This document shows, in pieces, positions 51,373-54,556 of a stretch of 54,556 bases of DNA. Made by a program: the position numbers and the translations under genes. The notes beneath the pieces are model-generated. The model did not search any database. It had not been told where the DNA came from and was given only the letters and a program-made list of their open reading frames with translations. Origin of the DNA: a virus (taxonomy: Duplodnaviria; Caudoviricetes); IMG/VR virus record IMGVR_UViG_3300032250_000707, positions 1 through 54,556 of that record; one strand, written 5' to 3'. Numbering within the stretch: position 1 is the stretch's first letter; every line of letters starts with the position of its first letter.

Positions 51373-51674
51373 AGGTAGGTGTTGATCTGGGTGAAGATTT
51401 TGGTTTCGAGACGATGCGTGCGACCGCAGCGGGGACACAGAGCGCGGATGTCAAAGACCTCGACCTGCCAGGGCATGCCCATCGAGTACGTCTGATAGCT
51501 CTGCAAAAGCTCCTTGCGGCGGACATTCAGAGGCAACGGGCAACCCCTTCGGTGCAGCACCCGCCAAACAGCGCGGATGGCGATGTCTAAAAATCCTCGG
51601 GTGTAGAGGAGATCGACGGCACCCCACCCCGCAAGCATGCCCAACAAGAGGGATAGGATCGGGGCGGCGCTCAC
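51369..51674 (-). CDS. Membrane-anchored zinc-ribbon protein (101 aa)
   Basis: N-terminal hydrophobic helix; CPRCG; SD plus GTGA overlap. Confidence 0.55.
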   Translation of the reverse strand: MSAAPILSLLLGMLAGWGAVDLLYTRGFLDIAIRAVWRVLHRRGCPLPLNVRRKELLQSYQTYSMGMPWQVEVFDIRALCPRCGRTHRLETKIFTQINTYL

Positions 51675-51880
51675 TTGAGGCCTCCTTCCGCGTCAACCCG
51701 AGCGGCGTCAGCAGGCGCGAGTTTCTCGATCAGGTAATCGGCAACATGCTCGGCGTAAGACTGGGGATCCGACTGGCGGAACCCCTCACTGATCAGAAAT
51801 TGATTAGGAGAGAGATCCCACTCCTCGCGCCACTCGCGCAGAACGGAGACCAGGCGCTCCCGGGAGAAATAGACGATCAT
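51671..51880 (-). CDS. Hypothetical protein (69 aa, MIVYFSRE)
   Basis: Start refined; SD GGAGG; ends EGGLK. Confidence 0.55.
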   Translation of the reverse strand: MIVYFSRERLVSVLREWREEWDLSPNQFLISEGFRQSDPQSYAEHVADYLIEKLAPADAARVDAEGGLK

Positions 51881-52019
51881 GACACCCTCCCTGCATTTGC
51901 TTCTGCTTGAACCCTGCAGAAATGAACGCTTTTCCTTTCCTGACCGCGCTTTCCCACGCATGGCTCCCATGATCCAGCGCCGCATTTTCTGCAGGGATGA
52001 AACAACCGAAGGAATTTTT

Positions 52020-52307
52020 TCATTTCCCACTCCTTTTCCATGAGGGGTCCTTCTTCGACCTAACAAAGCAGACGCGACGGCCGCCGACAAACAGCTCAAA
52101 GGGCTCAGGATTCCCATCAAAGGCAACCCACAAACAATCGGGAATCTGCAGATCCGGATCTCCGACAACTGAACATGTGACCTCGCCGAAAACCCCTAAA
52201 AAATAGACCGTCCCACCCTCCGGAGGCAGCTCATGGAGATGCACCTGATGGACCGGATTGCGGCCAAGATTGGCCAGCCATAGAAGCGCGTTGCGGAGAG
52301 CCTTCAT
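52020..52307 (-). CDS. Hypothetical protein (95 aa, MKALRNAL)
   Basis: SD plus ATGA overlap. Confidence 0.55.
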   Translation of the reverse strand: MKALRNALLWLANLGRNPVHQVHLHELPPEGGTVYFLGVFGEVTCSVVGDPDLQIPDCLWVAFDGNPEPFELFVGGRRVCFVRSKKDPSWKRSGK

Positions 52308-52669
52308 GCGTGCCTCCCGCAGTAGAGCCCCTTGGTTCCCTTGCCGTTCTTGTGCCCGCACTGCCAATGACTCATCAAGCCGACAATCGCCCTGATACAG
52401 CGGGAGGGATCGAAGTCGGATCCATAGAGCGCAGCAGCCGCCTTGCGCGACTTTGGCTGGGCTATTGGCAGCGCAAGCGGCCTGACCACATGGGCGGGCT
52501 CATAGCACTTCATGGCATGGGGGGCGGAGTAGAGCCGCACCTCCTCACGCACCACTTCGGCAAAAAGACGCACCTCGGGCCGCAGGGCCACCGGACACGT
52601 CGAAAACTTGCGGCACTCCTCGGCATCGCAATAGCAACGCCGCAGAAGGGGTGTTGCGGAGCCGCTCAT
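52304..52669 (-). CDS. Cys-rich hypothetical protein (121 aa)
   Basis: C.C...C...C and RC...QC......LYC..H motifs. Confidence 0.6.
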   Translation of the reverse strand: MSGSATPLLRRCYCDAEECRKFSTCPVALRPEVRLFAEVVREEVRLYSAPHAMKCYEPAHVVRPLALPIAQPKSRKAAAALYGSDFDPSRCIRAIVGLMSHWQCGHKNGKGTKGLYCGRHA

Positions 52670-52914
52670 CGGGCACCTCCTTCAGTCGCCGGGATGATCT
52701 CGTCATCACGGTCACGGTTGAGGGATTCAATCCGGCGGATTTCCTCACGCTTGGCGGAGGAGACAAAGGGCCAGAAGCTCGAGCACCGAGAGGCACCCGA
52801 GGGCAGATCGAAGAGCGAATAGCTCTGGAAGAGATCGCTTGAAGGAGCCTGCTTCCTCCAGCAGAGGACTTCGGAGGGGCACCCCTCCGTGGCGCATTTG
52901 GTAAGATCGCTCAT
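52666..52914 (-). CDS. Cys-containing phage protein (82 aa)
   Basis: MSDLTKC....CP....C.R......QSY..F......C..FWP. Confidence 0.65.
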   Translation of the reverse strand: MSDLTKCATEGCPSEVLCWRKQAPSSDLFQSYSLFDLPSGASRCSSFWPFVSSAKREEIRRIESLNRDRDDEIIPATEGGAR

Positions 52915-52917
52915 GGT

Positions 52918-53094
52918 TCAAATGATCCCGTCGAGGAGATCGTTCCTTTTTCTGGGTGCTGATGACTCATCGGGCGGCAGAGCGGTAGACCGGATCCGTA
53001 GACCCGTCTGGCGCTTCAGGCTGGCTTGCTCATATCCCGTAAAGCGGAGATACCAGTTCCAGCAGCGGCGCAGGAGAGAGGGGCGGGTGCTCAT
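52918..53094 (-). CDS. Hypothetical protein (58 aa, MSTRPS)
   Basis: Start refined to ATGA overlap. Confidence 0.45.
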   Translation of the reverse strand: MSTRPSLLRRCWNWYLRFTGYEQASLKRQTGLRIRSTALPPDESSAPRKRNDLLDGII

Positions 53095-53187
53095 TTCTTG
53101 AGAGCCCTCCAGGCAAATGCCGAGACGAGGACAATCCATGTTCCCGCAACGATTGCGGCAAGGCGGCGTTCGTGAGTGCTCATGGGG

Positions 53188-53499
53188 TCATGCAACGGCT
53201 GTTTGGATCGCGGCGACCGACTTGCGCATCTCGGCAAATCCGGCGAGGGCCTCTTCCTCCGAAAGGATCTCCGATGGGCGGATGTCGCTTTCGTGCAGGG
53301 CGAGCTGGAGCTGGGGAACCTTCCAGTTCCAGAGATCCTTGATGCTGTAGATGCGGCGCGTGCGGCATCCATTGAGGCGAATCGCAAGCTGGCCTCGGGT
53401 GGTGTCGACCTCCAGAACCACCGAACGGTCAGCGCCACGATGGGCGACAGTGACCTTCGGCATCCGGACGGATCGGCGAGTGCGGCGGCGGGGTGACAT
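53188..53499 (-). CDS. Hypothetical protein (about 103 aa; alternative start 53463)
   Basis: R.VV.E......L..RL.G.RT...Y.I..L pattern; A/C leader. Confidence 0.55.
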   Translation of the reverse strand: MSPRRRTRRSVRMPKVTVAHRGADRSVVLEVDTTRGQLAIRLNGCRTRRIYSIKDLWNWKVPQLQLALHESDIRPSEILSEEEALAGFAEMRKSVAAIQTAVA

Positions 53500-53555
53500 G
53501 GCGGGGTGTCTGGGGTGGCGGGGAGGCCCCTTGAAGGGAGCCTCCCCAGAGTGGA

Positions 53556-53900
53556 TTAGGAGACGGCTTGATCGTGGGAATCCACGGATGAGGAGGCCGG
53601 GGTATCGCCCTGAGGCGTGGGGTTGGCGGTTTCCTTCTGCCACCTGGCTCGATTGATGAGGAACTCATGCACATCGTTCACGACGGCGTACTCACCCCTG
53701 TTGAAGGAATCGACGAGATGCTTCCAGATCGTGTTTAGACGGCTTTCCGCCTCTTGAATTCCAGGTTCAAGCCTCTTGATCTCCTGATTGGCGTAGTCAC
53801 GGATGGACTGCAGCTTTTCGATGGGAAGAAGCTCGATTAGTTTGGAAATCTCGACTCGGACGGAGGCAAGATTGGGTTCGACGGATGGGGTGTCACTCAT
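53556..53900 (-). CDS. Hypothetical helical protein (114 aa)
   Basis: ATGA coupling; followed by GC hairpin 53520-53547. Confidence 0.6.
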   Translation of the reverse strand: MSDTPSVEPNLASVRVEISKLIELLPIEKLQSIRDYANQEIKRLEPGIQEAESRLNTIWKHLVDSFNRGEYAVVNDVHEFLINRARWQKETANPTPQGDTPASSSVDSHDQAVS

Positions 53901-54205
53901 GGGATGTGGTTCGGGTTCACCAAGGGGGGGATTCCCCTTGGAAATTCAGTCACAGGGCGAGAGCCATGGGTGCCCTCAGAAGCACACGGCGGCACTGCCC
54001 GGGAGAAAATCCGCAGCCGCAGAGACGAGCGCTCCCTGCGAAGCTTTTTGACGTAAGCCAAGGCCGCATCCAGACACGGATCAGCGGCCACCTTCCTGCG
54101 ACGGTTCCTGAAGAAAAATTCCAGCCAAGAGGCCAAAAACGACGCCAGATCGCGCCTGCCCCAAACAAGAACCAGGGTCAGAGCCCCTAAAAGGAGGGCA
54201 ATCAC
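53897..54205 (-). CDS. Hypothetical membrane-anchored protein (102 aa)
   Basis: N-terminal hydrophobic helix; GTG start with G-rich SD. Confidence 0.45.
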   Translation of the reverse strand: MIALLLGALTLVLVWGRRDLASFLASWLEFFFRNRRRKVAADPCLDAALAYVKKLRRERSSLRLRIFSRAVPPCASEGTHGSRPVTEFPRGIPPLVNPNHIP

Positions 54206-54556
54206 AGGGCACCCCCCTTCACTGTTACCCAGGGCACACTCTGGGGCACACTAGCCGCTACACCCTGATAAACAGAGGAGCTGCCCCGCATGGATTTGAA
54301 CCATGAAACTCGCCTCCAAAGGGCGATGTGTTACCGTTACACCACAGGGCACCGATAGCTCTTTTCTAAACAGCGAGCCAATCATCGGCAACGAGAAATC
54401 TCCATGGGAAGGAATGAGCAGGGTTCCAGCGATCCCAATTAACCTTCTCATCCGCCCCGCTCTCTAGTTGATTGGTGTCTTGGCATCATGACAATGAAAC
54501 TCCGCAACAGGCTGATCGCGCTGCTCTGCCTCATCATCTTTATCATCCTGGGCGCA

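Noticed and set aside
1-54556. Integrase/att site, lysis cassette, DNA polymerase, introns or inteins
   Set aside because: None recognisable in this window; the tRNA is embedded in the late operon rather than at a prophage edge, so lifestyle cannot be determined

Overview
This window is a 54.5 kb piece of a tailed dsDNA phage or prophage genome, probably a siphovirus. No host housekeeping genes, integrase or lysis cassette were recognised. The host is unknown; SD-less A/C-rich leaders weakly suggest a PVC/Verrucomicrobia-type host. There are three blocks. (1) 1-22.4 kb, minus strand: lambda-like morphogenesis operon (gpW, portal, prohead protease-scaffold, decoration protein, major capsid, initiator tRNA, head-tail and tail genes, tape measure). 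(2) 22.5-34.9 kb: a plus-strand island of about 30 small early-type genes that separates the terminase from gpW/portal, headed by an AT-rich repeat region and a possibly sigma-like gene. (3) 35-54.5 kb, minus strand: GpA-type terminase, primase, an apparently split helicase and many small accessory genes. The most striking candidate system is a set of putative head-packaged cargo proteins: a 1956-aa polyprotein, two neighbouring genes and two remote cassette genes. They are built from modules delimited by a recurring (K/R/S)-x-F|(A/S/G/E/D) motif that also occurs in the portal and protease/scaffold, and they share an RL(R/K)EL(S/A)A...(K/S)xF leader. They and most late genes are preceded by a fixed-spacing TTGAC-N15-18-start element. 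All family assignments come from motif recognition by eye; no searches were run.
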